Shown here one piece after another: positions 1-14,059 of a stretch of DNA of 64,000 nt; position 1 is the first letter of the stretch, and each line of letters begins with the position of its first letter. Location: the NCBI GenBank assembly GCA_964016885.1, contig OZ024742.1:3782001-3846000 (forward strand). The letters run 5' to 3'. This stretch comes from Eledone cirrhosa. Its lineage: Eukaryota. Position numbers and translations under genes: made by a program. The notes under the pieces were generated by a model. It was not told the DNA's origin. It saw nothing but the letters and a program-made list of their open reading frames with translations, and searched no databases.

Positions 1-162
1 GAGAGAGAGATGTATATATATGTATATAAAGCGTAGAAATATCCGAGACCCCCAGTAGACAACTGATGAGGAAAACTCCCCTCTCCCCCGTTCTTGCTTT
101 CTTCGTATTCCCACTTCATTTTAATTTACCTTAAATAGCAACTACACAGCCATTTCTATTCT

Positions 163-245
<83 letters not shown>

Positions 246-1184
246 GATTGGTTTACTTGCTTAATATTTGATATATATAATCAGCAGAATACGATGGGAT
301 TACGTTTTAAAAAACATTCCATGTATTCATAATGTTTATATGATGCCACTCGGCATGTGTTACTAAATTCCAGTTTCTGGGCAATGGTATATTTAAAACT
401 ATGATTACACAGGGTTTCTATATAACGCGCTCGAATTATTCTTAACTCGTGTTTATTTCAAAACGGATTTTTAATACTCACTTCTATAAAACGGAAGTTC
501 TGCTGTGAATGAGACATTATTAAATATGAAAGCTACAAAAATCTTCGGAAAGAATTAAGCAACTCATCAATGTAAATCGATACTTCTGATTCCCAGAAGA
601 TCTATCACGTGACATTTCGTGTTTAGAAGTCATGTATGGTAAAAAAAATTGAACACACACAAGAATAAAAACAACGAACGCAAATGAGTGTTACAAAATA
701 ATAACAAACCTCCAAAGACACGCAAAAATTCCCTCACAAAAGCTGATAAATTAATAAAAGTAATAGCGGTATTGATATCAAACTCTGTAATGGCGATCAT
801 AATTCAGAAATGTGGAGTGTTGTATGTGTTAAGGGTTCATTAAACAGTTAATGTAATGTCACGATAAATCACATCTGCATAGCTTTATCTTAATAAAACA
901 TGACTTATTCAATGTATACTGTATTAGGAGTGAAATAAGTCTTTTTATTTTTCTTGGGTTTGTTTTTAATGTACTGCAGTCATTTATTTGTATTGTGCTG
1001 TATTTAAATGAAGACTTCAAACACAGAAATAAATATACATATCACGTTGAATCTTCATGTGCTAAACATATACATAAGGAGACACCAATATAATATTTTT
1101 AGTGTAACTAAGAAATATTTAATCATAATTACTATAATAAATAATTCAGTAAGTTCATTTTGAATTTTACTTTTAAAGATAATT

Positions 1185-1618
1185 TCACCGTTGTAAACAT
1201 TCTCGGAAGCCCCACCCACTCTGTTTTCCATAGCAAATCATACGAATCTGTATGTTTTATATTCCAGCTGTTTCCTCCTATTAATTTATATTATACTGTC
1301 TCATATAAAATCAGCAACACATTGACTTGACACAGTTGACCATCTTATGTACCAGTGTAATTCATTCCTTTATTGAAGTTCAAGGAATCCTGAGCATTAT
1401 ACGAGTAAGCAGAATATTAATCCAGAACAGTATGGAAGCATCAGAGAAGGTGTCTGGGTGGGGTTAACTAAAAACAAAACGGTAGTCTATAGAATACGAC
1501 TTAAAAATAAGCTATGATATGAACAACTTCGGGTGAATCACTAGTATGAGAACCGAAGACACACGACACTTCCAGTGATTCTAGGATACAGTACCGCTCA
1601 TGTGTCCAATTACATCTT
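1185..1618 (-). pseudogene. Decayed 3' part of an RNF145/RNF139(TRC8)-like E3 ligase, including a RING-region remnant
   Basis: Manual minus-strand translation across frameshifts gives DVIGHMSGT/ILESLEVSCVFG, MVNCVKSM, RKQLE, IRMICY and FRECLQR. These are colinear with RNF145 DVIYYVNGT..LEFLVALCV, AVNKIKSL, KEQLE, ICAICY and FHAGCLKKW as recalled from memory. Many stops. Confidence 0.45.
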
Positions 1619-2299
1619 TACTTTACATTTATATAAAATTTAGATTTACTAAAAACCATTGTGTATGATTTGAGAGAGATGTGGTTATTTCTAGCTAATT
1701 CAGCGACATCATAGTCTTTCTCGTTAGTTTTCGAGTAAATTTATTTGGTAAAAATGTTTCTTATTCACCAAGTTTTATGTCCTTATTGCAGCAAAATCAC
1801 TTTTGATAGTGTTGTCTATTTGCGTACAAAATAGATTGTATGAGAAAGTACAGAGAAGAGAGATTTTAAGCAGCAAGCGAAAGAGAAGTGGTTAGAGAGA
1901 AGATATAACATATTTTCAATAACCCAGCTATAGATTTGATGGCTTGAATTCGTTAATGTTAACCATAGAAATATACCTTGAATAATTCATGTCTTGTATT
2001 ATGACTGTCACGTTTAAAGCTACGTGGCTTAATATTCTATTGTACGTAGTCTTGGATAACAATGGCCATGTTTCATGATTGTCGTGCAACTTTGTCCAGT
2101 TTTTGTGTCAATATATATGAAGAATATCAATTGGAAATATCTAAAATCTCTGATTATTCCAAGCGATAAATATTTTTCACTATGTTGGAAATTACTTCCT
2201 TAGAATTACATGCTACGATCCAGGGTGTATAATGATATACTAAAGATATTGAATGCAATATTTTCATTTTCATACACGTCTCCAAATTGATATTAATAA

Positions 2300-2471
<172 letters not shown>

Positions 2472-4136
2472 TTATCTATATATCTGTCTACACGTGTGTG
2501 TGTGTGCGTGCGTGAAAAAAAGTGGTTATTACTGTTTTTGTGTCATTACACAATATTTTCACAGCGAAGGCTTCTAATAAGTTTGGTTGTGCAAAATGAG
2601 ATACAAAACCAAATATATTGTTAGAATCTGTAGAAACTACAATATAAGAACACCAAGTGTTTCAAGCCTGACTTTTAATTCCTATAGTTGTGCAGTACGT
2701 CTCGTTTAAAGTTTTACTGTATTGATAAATAACAGATTTGCTAGCATTTTATTTATCAAATATATACAAAGTAATAGCTTTGTAATTACAAATTTCCAAT
2801 TATTTATCTCTTTATAATGGAAATATTTTCAAAGTATACAAAACGAAATTAAAACAGTGACAGCAATTTAAGCTCTAATTCAATCCATGATGGAGTAATT
2901 TTCTGATAGTTTCATTGTAACTCATAGTTTTAGCTTCAATTGTTTCTTTTTTAATTTTTTTTATATATATTTATTTAATTATTTATTTTATTTTATTTTT
3001 CGTCTTCAGATTTATTTAGTGAGATGACTTCACCGTAATATATCTCAGTTCTATATTTTTCTTTTCACTTGAATTTCATTATTTAGCTGACGCCATTAAT
3101 CATTTATGGTAAATAGGAATCGTGAATATAATCAAATTTAGCGATATCCTTTTAAGCTTGAGAATATGTGCGGTAACATGACCGAGGAACTCGTCAAGCT
3201 ATCATATATGAGGTGGTTTTAGAATGTTTCTTATAGCAAGATTCGGTGAAATAAGATTAATATAATTTAAAATGGTCGTTAAGGTTTGTAAAGAAATATA
3301 GTGAATAGTTTGTAAAGAAATAAAGTGATTTGGTGACATTCTTTCTTTAGCCAATCATGGCACTGTCAAACGAAAGAATCAAATATATGAATTTTCATGA
3401 TCGCACAGTAAGCCGTGAGTGATGAGTTTCTATTGATTTCTAGATTATTGCACTGGGACTCAATTTGTCTTTTTGCCATACCTATAAGAGGGAATTCAAT
3501 TTCGTGATGTAAGCAAACGACAGACGCTCTAAACCTGCGTCGCCTTTGTTGCTTACTCTAATTACAAATTCCACCTCATATTATCGATTGCTGCTATCGA
3601 TATGTCCCAGGCCACCTCTGATTAAACATGTCTATTATCGAAGTAACTGTAGTGATTGCCAACTCGTGCTTTTTCGTTTTCTTTCATCTCATACACCAAA
3701 GGTGCGCAGCCACGTCGTTAAATGTTCGTCTCGAAAAAGTAAAGTTGTAGGTTCTAACTTCACAAGGAGTAATTTCTAGCCTTGAGAAATGTAATTCATT
3801 TAATGTTGTTCCAGTTAACTGGAGTATCCTGAAATATAATGTCCTATTCAGCAACAATAGGATCAATCAGCAATCTAAATATTCAACTTTACGTTCGCGA
3901 GAACTCTAACTGGTGTGTTTTTTACATCCATATGGAAGCATGAAGTGTCATTAAGACATTTACTACAGGACAGTCGTTAGAACCTCGATAGAACTCTTGT
4001 CATATTTGTTTTGGATATCTACTCTTCGAGTTCAAATCCCAGCGAAGTTAACTTTGCCATACATCCATTCGAGGTCGAAAAGCAGTTACCAGTCTAGTAA
4101 TGGATTCTTACTCTATATCTCTTTCTCATTTCCATA

Positions 4137-4228
<92 letters not shown>

Positions 4229-4232
<4 letters not shown>

Positions 4233-4432
4233 CGAAGGAGGTGTGGTAAGGAACCTCATGGACCATAACGCACCTGATTACTCAATACTTAGGGTAGTAG
4301 AGTGGGAAATAGGAAAATGTTTAACCCCGACGACAGAGCTCAAGCCGTTTTGACAGCTATTTCTGGAGTCAGTCCAGAAATAGCTGTCGAAACGGCTTCA
4401 GCGCTGCCGTCGGAGTTAAACATTTTACTATA
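4229..4432. mobile_element. Fold-back fragment of HHR element family H (related to 29618-30750 and 47093-47245)
   Basis: Between (TA)n tracts. Inverted arms about 4310-4367 and 4371-4430 carry the GAAA-CGGCT..GCCG-TC half of the ribozyme. Confidence 0.75.
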
Positions 4433-4439
4433 TATATAT

Positions 4440-6090
4440 AGATTTGATGGCTTAAAGGAGTTACATGAGACATTACCGCACTTGAAGGGCGGCTTATACC
4501 GTGATGACGCCCTCCTCACTCTCGAGTATAAAAAGTGCAATATAGAAAGAACTAGGAAACAGTTACGTAGGTGCTTTAAAAACTTTAATCTAAGTATTAC
4601 CATAGATGCAAATGACAAAACAGTAAACTTCCTAGACGCCACCCTTGACCTAGAAACTAAAACATTTGCACCCTACCATAAACCTAACGATAGACTAACA
4701 TATGTAAACGCCAGCTCCAACCACCCCAAATCAGTCCTAAACGCTATTCCCAAAGGGGTCTCTAATAGAATTAGCAGACTTTCCTGTAATGAGAGTATCT
4801 TCAACTCCAATGCAGAGTATTATGACAAGGCCCTAGCAGAATCTGGTTACGGGAGTAGATTATCATATATACATAAGGACTCCCAAACCATGAGTGTGAA
4901 ACCTACCAACATAATCACACATAGTATGGCCACAAAGCCTAACCAACTTAGAGGCAAGAATAATAGTAAGAACCCTAATGGCGGTAACCCAGCTAAATAT
5001 AAACCACGTAAAGACAATACTAGAGTCCCTCACCACAACTCTAAAACAGCAAATGATCACGCCATGAATATAAACCATCCGGGCTTAAGCAAAACAGACA
5101 ACGCCACTAACGTTAATAACGGAACCTTACAAAATAGTACGCACAGATAAGAAAAATAGAAGAATGAAAAACATGTATTTTAACCCACCTTTTAACTCTG
5201 AGGTCCTCACTAACCTCCCCAGAGTATTCTTCTCATTATTAGAAAAAAACTTCCCACCAGGCATTAGATATCGCAACATAATTAACAAAAACGTGATTAA
5301 ATTATCCTATTCGACCACACCTAACCTCGCATCACACCTAGCACGCACGAACATTACGAAAACTAGGGAAGGTTTCGAAGCAATTAAAATGGCAGTTAAC
5401 CACCAGCAACCGACTACACTGGAAAATGGGCAACATAATAGTATCAATGAGCCATCTAATGATATAGGGGCACCTAGTGATAATGCTAGTAACCAAAGTT
5501 CGGGAGGTACGCTAACTAATCGAACCCGCAGTTGCAATTGTAGGCGGAGTAGTAACTGTCCCCTAAGGGGGGATTGCCTCATGAAAAACATCGTATATGC
5601 ATGTGACGTAACCACACACAACTCTACCAAAACATATATAGGATTAACGTCCAATACATTTAAAACTAGATTTAACGCGCATATGTTCACATTTAGACAC
5701 GATAGACATAATAATGCCACCTCACTGGCGGTATACATCTCCTTTTTAAAAAATAATAGTACCCCATACAAACTTTTTTGGAGGAAGCTTACTAGATCCA
5801 CGCCATACCGACCGCAGAGCGGGATTTGTGACCTGTGTTTACTGGAATGCCATGCCATAATACACTCTAAACTGAACCTGCTTAACAAGAAATCGGAAAT
5901 TTTCTCCTCTTGCCAACACAAAATCCTGAGTTCCTTCTTCTATTTTAAACCTAGCACATAGACGTAACATATATTACGCAACCCCCACCTAGATATACCC
6001 CCTCCTTGACTATAGCTTCCCCCCTCCCCCCAACCCGTAACCTAGATAGATAGGTAGCCTAAGGGTGGAACAGTCCCCTACAAGGTTGGT
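4440..6090 (+). mobile_element. 5'-truncated Penelope-like element: RT C-terminus/thumb plus GIY-YIG endonuclease, broken by a stop/frameshift near 5150
   Basis: GLYRDD, VNFLDATLDL, PYHKPN..YVNASSNHP; then CNCRRSSNCPLRGDC, NIVY..TYIGLT..FKTRF..H, CDLCLLE, LLNKKSE..CQH. Starts directly at a TA tract. Confidence 0.92.
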
Positions 6091-6409
6091 GTTTTGTGTG
6101 TGTGTGTATGTGTGTGTATATGTGTGTGTGTGTGTGTATTCTCCTTTTCTCTCTCTCACACACACATACACACAAACATATGTATATGTGTGTGCGTACG
6201 TGTGTGCACGCATGCATGCATATGTGCGTGCATTGTATACATGTATATTGTATATATATATATATATATAGGTATATTGTATGCATGTGTATTATATTGT
6301 GTGTATGTGTATATGTGATATGTATGTGTATATATGTATGTGTATGTGTGTGTATGTGTTTGTGTGTGTATGATGTGTGTATATATGTGTATATGTATGT
6401 ATATTTTTT

Positions 6410-7368
6410 CTGTAGAAGTCTTCTCTATATGTGGTGTTTGGCATGAATTCCTCCTATAATACTTTTTGAGAGGAGCACGATATGTAGAGTAACACATATG
6501 TATTGTCGAAGTTGAAACTGAGAACCACCACCCCTCCTGCTGGCCCAAATGTTTACTGAGGACCAGAACACCATTCTCCGCAATATAAGAGAGGAATGCG
6601 CTTGCCGGACTATTTATGAGCATAACATCACATTCCAAGGTAATGGCAAAACACAGTGAATGCTAAACACGACCAGAACACCACAAAATGCACATCGGAG
6701 CAACAGAGATATAATATCAATAAGCGAATCAATTGAATTTTTTGAGTTGAAATACATATAAATATGTGTCTGTCTGTACACATAAAGAAACTGCTGACCT
6801 AAATGTACCTGTCATGCCTGTCTGAATTCCTAAGAGAATTTTCGGTCAGTTACTATCTTGACCGATTACCATCACAATTACTACGTAGCGGTTCTTGCAC
6901 GTGACTGCTGGACCCGGATGAAACGAAGACGAAGAATTTCCTTGCGTACCGTTTTGTACCACAGATGCGATCTCACTCTGCCTCGTTAATGTTCAATCGA
7001 CACCAAAGTTCTACGTTCGGGGCAATAGAATTGAATCCAACCACCGACAACATAGTTGGATGACCGATAATCACACCAAACCGGAGTACTGTGAACCTTC
7101 TGATTTCGAGATATACAACCACTGACACTGTTACGAAGACCAGAAAACCATACTTCATAATATTGAACCAAGTGATTGATTTGTGCGACCAAAATAACAC
7201 CACACACATATTGAACTAGGAATATTGGATCTTCCGTCAATGTCTGGCTGTGCAAAAATAGATTTCTATCTGCATTGGAATTTACGAACTTGTGCATCTG
7301 CTGTGGTGTCAAAAACAAACGCACATGACCACACAGATAAACAATGGACTATGCCACGTGGCTTGAAC
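6410..7368 (-). pseudogene. Decayed central exon of an RNF145/RNF139(TRC8)-like membrane E3 ligase
   Basis: Acceptor ttcacttacag at 7369. Across frames: RLFLTP..FVN, HLVQYYEV/YGFL..EIRRFTVLR, ILLGIQTGM about 110 codons later, then EEF. Order and spacing match RNF145 RLCLVP..IIN, ELVQVVEVYG, ILAVQTGL, VEEF and RNF139 RIRFPDILR (recalled). Multiple stops and frameshifts. Confidence 0.55.
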
Positions 7369-8047
7369 CTGTAAGTGAATTGAAGGTTCTGTAACTCTGA
7401 AATACAGATTATTTATTATTAAGATGTATAAACTTGACATAACTATTATCATCTTATATTCTCTCAACTAATCACACTTGATCATATTTCTGTATCCCGT
7501 TTTCTCCCCCCATAATTATAATATTTTTATTTGAAAAATCGTTTTTTTTTACATTGTGTTTTCCTCTTCAAATACTTGCTTATATTTCTTTATATATTCT
7601 CTATATATTTTTTTAATATATATATTTTTTATCTTTATTGTTATTTTCACTTTTATCCTCCTTTATATTTTACCTTATTCTTACTTTTATACCTTATTAT
7701 AGTGTAATCTTCCCCATGCCTTATTAATTATAGATTATTATTATTACTCTTTTTCCATTTCTAATTATCTCATGTACTTTCTCCTCCGTTATATATATAT
7801 TGTATGCCCTTTGTGTGTGTGTAGCCTCTGTACACCCTCTGCACCCTACTATCGACGCCACCCCATCTATGGTTCAGCTAACCACTATACTACCGGGAAT
7901 GAATATGACCGCAGCTAGTAAACAAGGACCCACACCCCACCCTCCCGCACCAAAATTAGACTTATCGTCCACTACTTTTACTCTTTACTCTTTGTTCTTG
8001 AATGTTTTGTTGGTAGAGTCCATAACACCAATCAAACCCCTTTTATA

Positions 8048-8092
8048 GCTCTGACGAACCCTACGGTTACATAAGGAAGAAACATTGTAAGC
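8048..8092 (+). ncRNA. Minimal type-I hammerhead ribozyme (family A) at the 3' end of a non-coding PLE-like pLTR (~7430-8140)
   Basis: GCT CTGACGA [weak stem II] GAAA CATTG TA AGC, followed by AATAAA and then (TA)n. Confidence 0.65.
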
Positions 8093-8134
8093 CAATAAAA
8101 ATCTTTTGATGTTGTAGACGCTCTTGTGTTCTTT

Positions 8135-8183
<49 letters not shown>

Positions 8184-8224
8184 AAATAAATAAGTCAAAT
8201 GTTTAAAATTTGGCTTCGTTTATT

Positions 8225-8279
8225 ACTGCTATATATATTTCGGTGACAGCCATCTTTGGCTGTGACCTCTTCAGGCAGT
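8225..8279 (-). ncRNA. Hammerhead ribozyme, family B (inverted copy)
   Basis: Reverse complement of 8425-8479. Confidence 0.88.
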
Positions 8280-8424
8280 CCGAATTAGTGTGGTAGAGAC
8301 GAGTACATATGTTGTTGAGGTGTTTAACTTTGTCAATACTCTGATATGCCCAGTTCCTGGTTGGGTTGTTATTTCACTGAGGAACTGGAATGTATATGTA
8401 CTCGTCTCTACCACACTAATTCGG

Positions 8425-8479
8425 ACTGCCTGAAGAGGTCACAGCCAAAGATGGCTGTCACCGAAATATATATAGCAGT
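8425..8479 (+). ncRNA. Hammerhead ribozyme, family B
   Basis: ACTGC CTGAAGA GGTCACAGCC-aaagat-GGCTGTCACC GAAA TATATA TA GCAGT: 5-bp stem I, intact core, palindromic stem III. Confidence 0.9.
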
Positions 8480-9171
8480 AATAAACGAAGCCAAATTTTA
8501 AACATTTGACTTATTTATTTTATTTTATTTTATTTTACATTACTCCGGAGTAACCAAACCAACCTGCGCACTTCGTCGAGTGCTCCAATCTGCATACTGA
8601 GGTGTTGGTATACAACCAACATATACTAAAAAAAAAATATATATATATATCCCTCTATCCTCATCTGGAAGAAATATACTGTATTCAGCTCTGGAGAAGC
8701 GGTGAGCGCTTATCAGTTACGGGACCATGTATGTATGCATGCATTAATAGGTAGGACGTGAGTAGTAAATACGATCGCGAAAGCATTTGTCCCAAATGAC
8801 AGTCATTTGTATAGAAATCCCACCACATTACTGCAGGCGAACTTTAATCACTGGGCCATTTATGTGGTGGTATATTTATATGGAAACATATATTGTCGTA
8901 GTTATATTTAATATGTGATATTATTACATAGGATGTGAACATGTATAGTAAATAAGAGTGAACTATTTACAAGTATAACAACGATTCTAATTTCACTAGC
9001 AGATAATATATTAATAGAAACACTCTATATAACTATAGAGCTACATAACTACACAACTATATAACTACACACAATGTCGACATGATAGAACAAAATGTAA
9101 CCACAATGAAGATAAATCGATGTTAATTATATTGAGGCCTCCAGGGGTCTTGATATTCAGCTAACTCCTAC

Positions 9172-9231
<60 letters not shown>

Positions 9232-9330
9232 GTATGTGTATGTGTGTGTATATATATGTGTATGTGTATATATATATATACATGTCTATATGTGTATGTG
9301 TATTTATATATATATATATGTGTGTGTATG

Positions 9331-9371
<41 letters not shown>

Positions 9372-9944
9372 ATGTAGATAGATAGACAGATAGATGTATA
9401 CACACACCACTCTTTTGCTAACTCTCTCTGCCTCTCTATATATATGCATGCATATATATATATATATACACACACACACATACATACACATACCCACACA
9501 CATATACACACAACAACATACATATACACACCCACCCACACCCTTATGTACGTCTTTCTACTTACAATTGTATAAGATGTTTCAAACATTTGTCTTTCCC
9601 TTTCTATTTCCAATACACATGTTAGGATTCCTCTCAGTTTCCTTTCTATTAATTATTTATCAAATAGGTCAGTCATATTTTAAGTTGTAACATTAGTATA
9701 ATGTTTCACTTTATTTATTGCTAGGCCCCTGCAACTAAACTAATAGTTTCAAAGCAGATGTAACATTTAAGCCCCGAAGCACAGAGAAAATGTAAAATGT
9801 AACCCCCGAAGTTGATAACATACCGAATCAAGAGTAACCCTCCCCACCCCAAAACGTTAATATATTCTCAAGCTGGTAATAGAACCTCAAAGATGGTAAC
9901 ACGTCCGAATCAAATGTAAAATAGAGTCTCTTCAAGGTGATAAT

Positions 9945-10095
9945 GGTTTCTGATTTAGGCACAATGACAACAATTTTGTGGGGAGGAGAAAGTTGATGAA
10001 ATCGACCCCAGTGTATTGCTGGTACTTTATTTTATCGACCACGAAGGGATGAAAGGTAAAGCTAACCTCGCCAGAATTTTAACTATACTGCCACT
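9945..10095 (-). mobile_element. tRNA-derived SINE with Meta-domain-like centre, partial
   Basis: Reverse complement contains cctttcatcc..gtcgataaaataaagtaccag, shared with other copies in the window. Confidence 0.7.
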
Positions 10096-10409
10096 CCATA
10101 TCAAATTGATAATATACCCACGCCAGTTATAAGATGTAAACACCACGATCCGTAAAAAAACTGGAACTAAGCCCTGGCCACAGTAAAATATAGGTCCTTA
10201 AGATAGTAATAGCTCATAGCACGTGTAGAATATAGTTCCAAAATTGATAAGCCCAGATCAAATGTTAAATGATGCCCTCTTCTCGTTATTCACTCCATTC
10301 TTCCAAATAAAATAATTTCAAGATAACATTTGGGAAGCTGGCGGACATAGTTTTGACACTTCAGTCTCTGACTTTAATAAAATTACTATGTCTATATTTT
10401 CATGGATTT

Positions 10410-10586
10410 GAAGGTAGGGGAAAGTCGATTACATCAATCCCAGTGTATTACTGTTACTTTATTTTATTGACCCGTAAGGATGAAAGGCGACGATAACCTC
10501 GGTGGGATTTAAACTCAGATCGTAAAGACTCGTAACTATGCCGCAAATGTCGTCTGACGCAACACCTATACATCCAATCCACCCTA
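10410..10586 (-). mobile_element. tRNA-derived SINE (same family)
   Basis: B-box-like gagtttaaatccc and central gcctttcatcctt..gtcaataaaataaagt on the minus strand. Confidence 0.75.
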
Positions 10587-11069
10587 CTAAGGCAGTTTAG
10601 TAATGAAATCGATAGATTTTTGTTATATCCAATATCAACCTGATTGTGAAACCTCAAGCTGAAAGTCATCTAGCAGAGACTATTTTAAGGATTTTGTTTC
10701 TCAACTTCATTATTTAACGTGTCTTAAGTACCAGTAATACACTGGGATAATTGTTGGCCTTGTGCCAAAAGTAGAAACAATTATTTAACGTGTCTCCTTT
10801 TTTCCTCGGATTTGGTTTAATTGGTGGATATTTGAACACTTCTAGCAGGTTGAGTGAGCGCATACTATATCCTTGATCGTCATTTAATCTGATTTTAATT
10901 AAGGTGACGTAATGTGAACATGTTTGCTAATTTAGCCATTAGATATTGGCACATATTAAAGTGAAGTTGATAATAACAGTTATTTAAATATTGTTACATA
11001 ATGTGTTAGTCGGTAATAAGTTATGTAAATATTGATGTTAAAGTAATGTTTTAGTTAGTAATAATAGTT

Positions 11070-11280
11070 TCAGATTTAGACACAAGGCAAACGATTTGGG
11101 GGGAAGGGAATTTTGATTAAATCAACCTCAGTGCGTTACTGGTACTTTAGTTTATGAACCCCGTAAAGGTGCGAGGCAGAACTAACCTCAGAGGGAATTA
11201 AACTGAGAACGTTTAGGACTGTACCTATGTCGTAAATCATGTTGTTCGATGCTCTACTGAGTGTACTAATCCACTGCCCT
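11070..11280 (-). mobile_element. tRNA-derived SINE (same family, diverged)
   Basis: Colinear with the 62465-62650 copy. Confidence 0.7.
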
Positions 11281-11324
11281 GTGTTAGTTGATAATAGTAA
11301 GATATGTAAATACATGTTAAAATA

Positions 11325-11620
11325 AGGGTATAAACCCCCTTAGATCACGATTGACCATGGGATTTGCACCTAGAAAGTTCTCTCATGTGCAAACGCGGGT
11401 AAGTTTGTTTGTGGAAGACCATCAATCACCCTTGCATGCCAGTCTGCCCTCTCCACACCCCTGATGTCATCGAAGCAAGGGTCAATGGCCGATACAGCTT
11501 GGCACGGGTGACGTCGCAACTCATTTCTACAGCTGAGTAAACTGGAGCAACGTGAAATAAACTGTCTGGCTCAAGGACACAACACTTCATCCGGTCCGGG
11601 ATTCAAGATCGCAACCTCAC
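11325..11620 (-). mobile_element. Second tRNA-derived SINE family
   Basis: Minus strand reads ttgaatcccgg..gtgttgtgtccttgagccagacagttta..ccagtttactcagctg. Diverged relatives near 18870-19120 and 38000-38250. Confidence 0.6.
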
Positions 11621-11892
11621 TAAGTAATGTTTGTTGCTAATAACTTATCTAAATATTAATACATGTTAATGTAATATGTTAGCTAAATATTAGTAGATGT
11701 TAATATAATGTGTTAGTTTGTAATAAGTGACCTATATGTAAATATTGGAATATTTTACTGATTAACATTTACTCCATATAAAGAAATTAAGAAATCAAAC
11801 ACTACAAATTCTCATTGATGTTGGTTATTACATAGAAGTTTCATAAATATAATATGAATTGAACGAACATCTACCCTAACCCTAACATCTAC

Positions 11893-12113
11893 CTGCAAAT
11901 CTAGCATATTGACTCGGATATCAGGTTTAGAGTTTAGTGACAACATGCATTGGCAAATTAGAAATAAGAATAAACCTATTTGTGTCCATATTTTGTAATG
12001 CAATAATTTTCCATAAAGAAGGTAAATGAAATAACCGAGGTTATTGTACACACGTGATCAAGCTTTCGCGCATTGAGACCGATACCCAATACACGTGGCT
12101 GTGGAGCGGCCAT
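11893..12113 (-). pseudogene. Probable first exon of the decayed RNF145/TRC8-like gene
   Basis: AAGATGGCCGC start context (MAAPQPRVLGIGL), CpG-richer, two CACGTG. Frameshifted hydrophobic continuation QIGLFLFLICQCMLSL; donor CAG|GTAGAT at 11892. The link to the downstream exons is inferred. Confidence 0.4.
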
Positions 12114-13108
12114 CTTAAGTATAGAGGTATAGAGCTTTCTCTGTGCCAGAATTAGACACACTTACACAAAATTAATGGGTATTTTTTCTTAATATAAAAC
12201 TCCGAGAAATAAGAGAAATGAGTTATTTGTTTTTCCTCTCTCCAACAACTCAATGCCAGGTCATTTTTCACGGTTGATGAAATATTTCAGAATGAAATAT
12301 TTCTCGCCAGTAAATTAACATCTCATCTAGAACGGTAATTCTGACAGCATTTTAGAAACGTGTTTCTTCGTCTGCGAATGACAACCGATATATTTGGAAA
12401 AGTGACAAAACAAATAGATGTTACCAGATGAACGGGAAACAAACGAGGCCGGGGTTAAAGGGCAACAGCAAGCAGCTTTACAACACCACTAATCTATTAT
12501 GATATATAAAACTAATAACAATTTTCATCTTTTCCGAATTATTTTAATACCTTTATCAATTTTATTCTCTACATAAAATAAAAGTAATTAGAAAGCTAAT
12601 CACTTTTGCAATGAATTAAAATAAGCTGGGTTTCTTGATAGCCGTGCAAATTAGAAATATAACAGATTAGAAAGACATGCATATTAACTTAAATAATGCA
12701 ATATCTGACGCCAGTGGTTTTAGGTAACGGGTAACGGGTATTAAAGACAACAATCACATCATAAGTATTGACGTAATAGAAATAATATCTGGCGCCAGTG
12801 TTCTCGGGAAATGAAGAAATTGACAGGATATTTTAATTTCTTCTATTACTCAAGTATGGAAGGATACATATATTAGTTTTAAAACATTTAACCCTAAGTT
12901 ATATTGAACTCTTGTATTCACTGGTTTGAGAGTGCGGCTTTACTAGAGCACCGGCTTATATTCTATTTTCATGTTAGAACAACGTATATTCTTTCTTGAT
13001 CAATATAGCGATACTATAAAAATATTCTCTTCAACATATAATCATAAGAGTGGTTATTGACTTACAATCTACGAAATCCCTGTTCTTTCTCTGTACAAAG
13101 GAAATAAT

Positions 13109-13298
13109 TGTTTCTACTTTTGGCACAAGGTCAGCAATTACCCTGTACATTACTGGTACTTTAGTTTATCTACCCCGTAAGGATGAAAGGCAAAGTCAAC
13201 CTCGGCGGGATTTGAACTCAGAATGGTGAGGGCAGTAACACCATGCGTCAAAGGATGGTGTCCGACCCTCTACCGATACTGCCAACCCATCGCCCTTG
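13109..13298 (-). mobile_element. tRNA-derived SINE, full length, 16-bp TSD
   Basis: TSD gtacaaaggaaataat at 13093-13108 and 13299-13314. Confidence 0.9.
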
Positions 13299-14059
13299 GT
13301 ACAAAGGAAATAATGGAACGGGTTTATACTTCATTCTTTTCACAATTGTTTACATCCAACAGTACAGTTTTAACCACCCATAACCCCACGCACCCCAGGT
13401 CTATTGAATGCAGTCATTGTTGCAGCTCATGTTTCTTTTAGACTTAGATCAACATTGACCTTTCGATAAAATGTTTTGTAGTTTAAGTTCCAGTTCTTTT
13501 GTTTACTACCAGATTTAGCCGTGATATCACTGGTATCTTGTTTTAACAGTCTCTGCTTTATATTGGAAAATATCGTTATCATGTAGATGAGGGCATCTGC
13601 TGCAGGGGTAAAGGATCTTCCAGCAAAATATAGAATGTCTTGACCTGTCCTACCAGATGAATTTTTGAAAGATAAATACATCCTTAACCTTAACTGACGC
13701 GATGCTGTGATTCCCCAGAAATAATGTGATGTGAGCAAATATTATTATAAGAAAAAGGTATTGTCTCCAAAACAGAATTAAATATAACAAGAACATACAA
13801 ACACACCTGTCCAAACACATACACACAAATACACCTGACCTACACTCACACACGCGCGCACATATACATGCATTCACACATATACACCAATTGTGATATA
13901 TATATATCCACTGCTCTAACAATTCTGTCAAATCGACCACATTTTACGGTTAAAATCTCATTATTCTTGTTGACCAATGTTGACCTACAACTGAACATCA
14001 TCTACACTATAACCAGCAGCAACACTACTATAACTAACAGCTACTATAACCAGTACTAA

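Larger units (their letters stand above)
8177..8630. mobile_element. Fold-back HHR element, family B (arms 8177-8310 and 8394-8527)
   Basis: About 134-bp inverted repeat that appears perfect, in TA context. Another family member at 44425-44640. Confidence 0.85.

Noticed and set aside
58-80. CTGATGAGGAAA as a hammerhead
   Set aside because: No stem II between the core halves and no stem I or III.
3700-3775. tRNA-like sequence
   Set aside because: Stems and boxes are too degenerate; more likely an old SINE head. No tRNA gene called.
13340-13740. Possible decayed LRR/Toll-like exon on + (VKDLP / QNIECLDLSY across frames)
   Set aside because: Only one short motif among many stops; needs tblastn.
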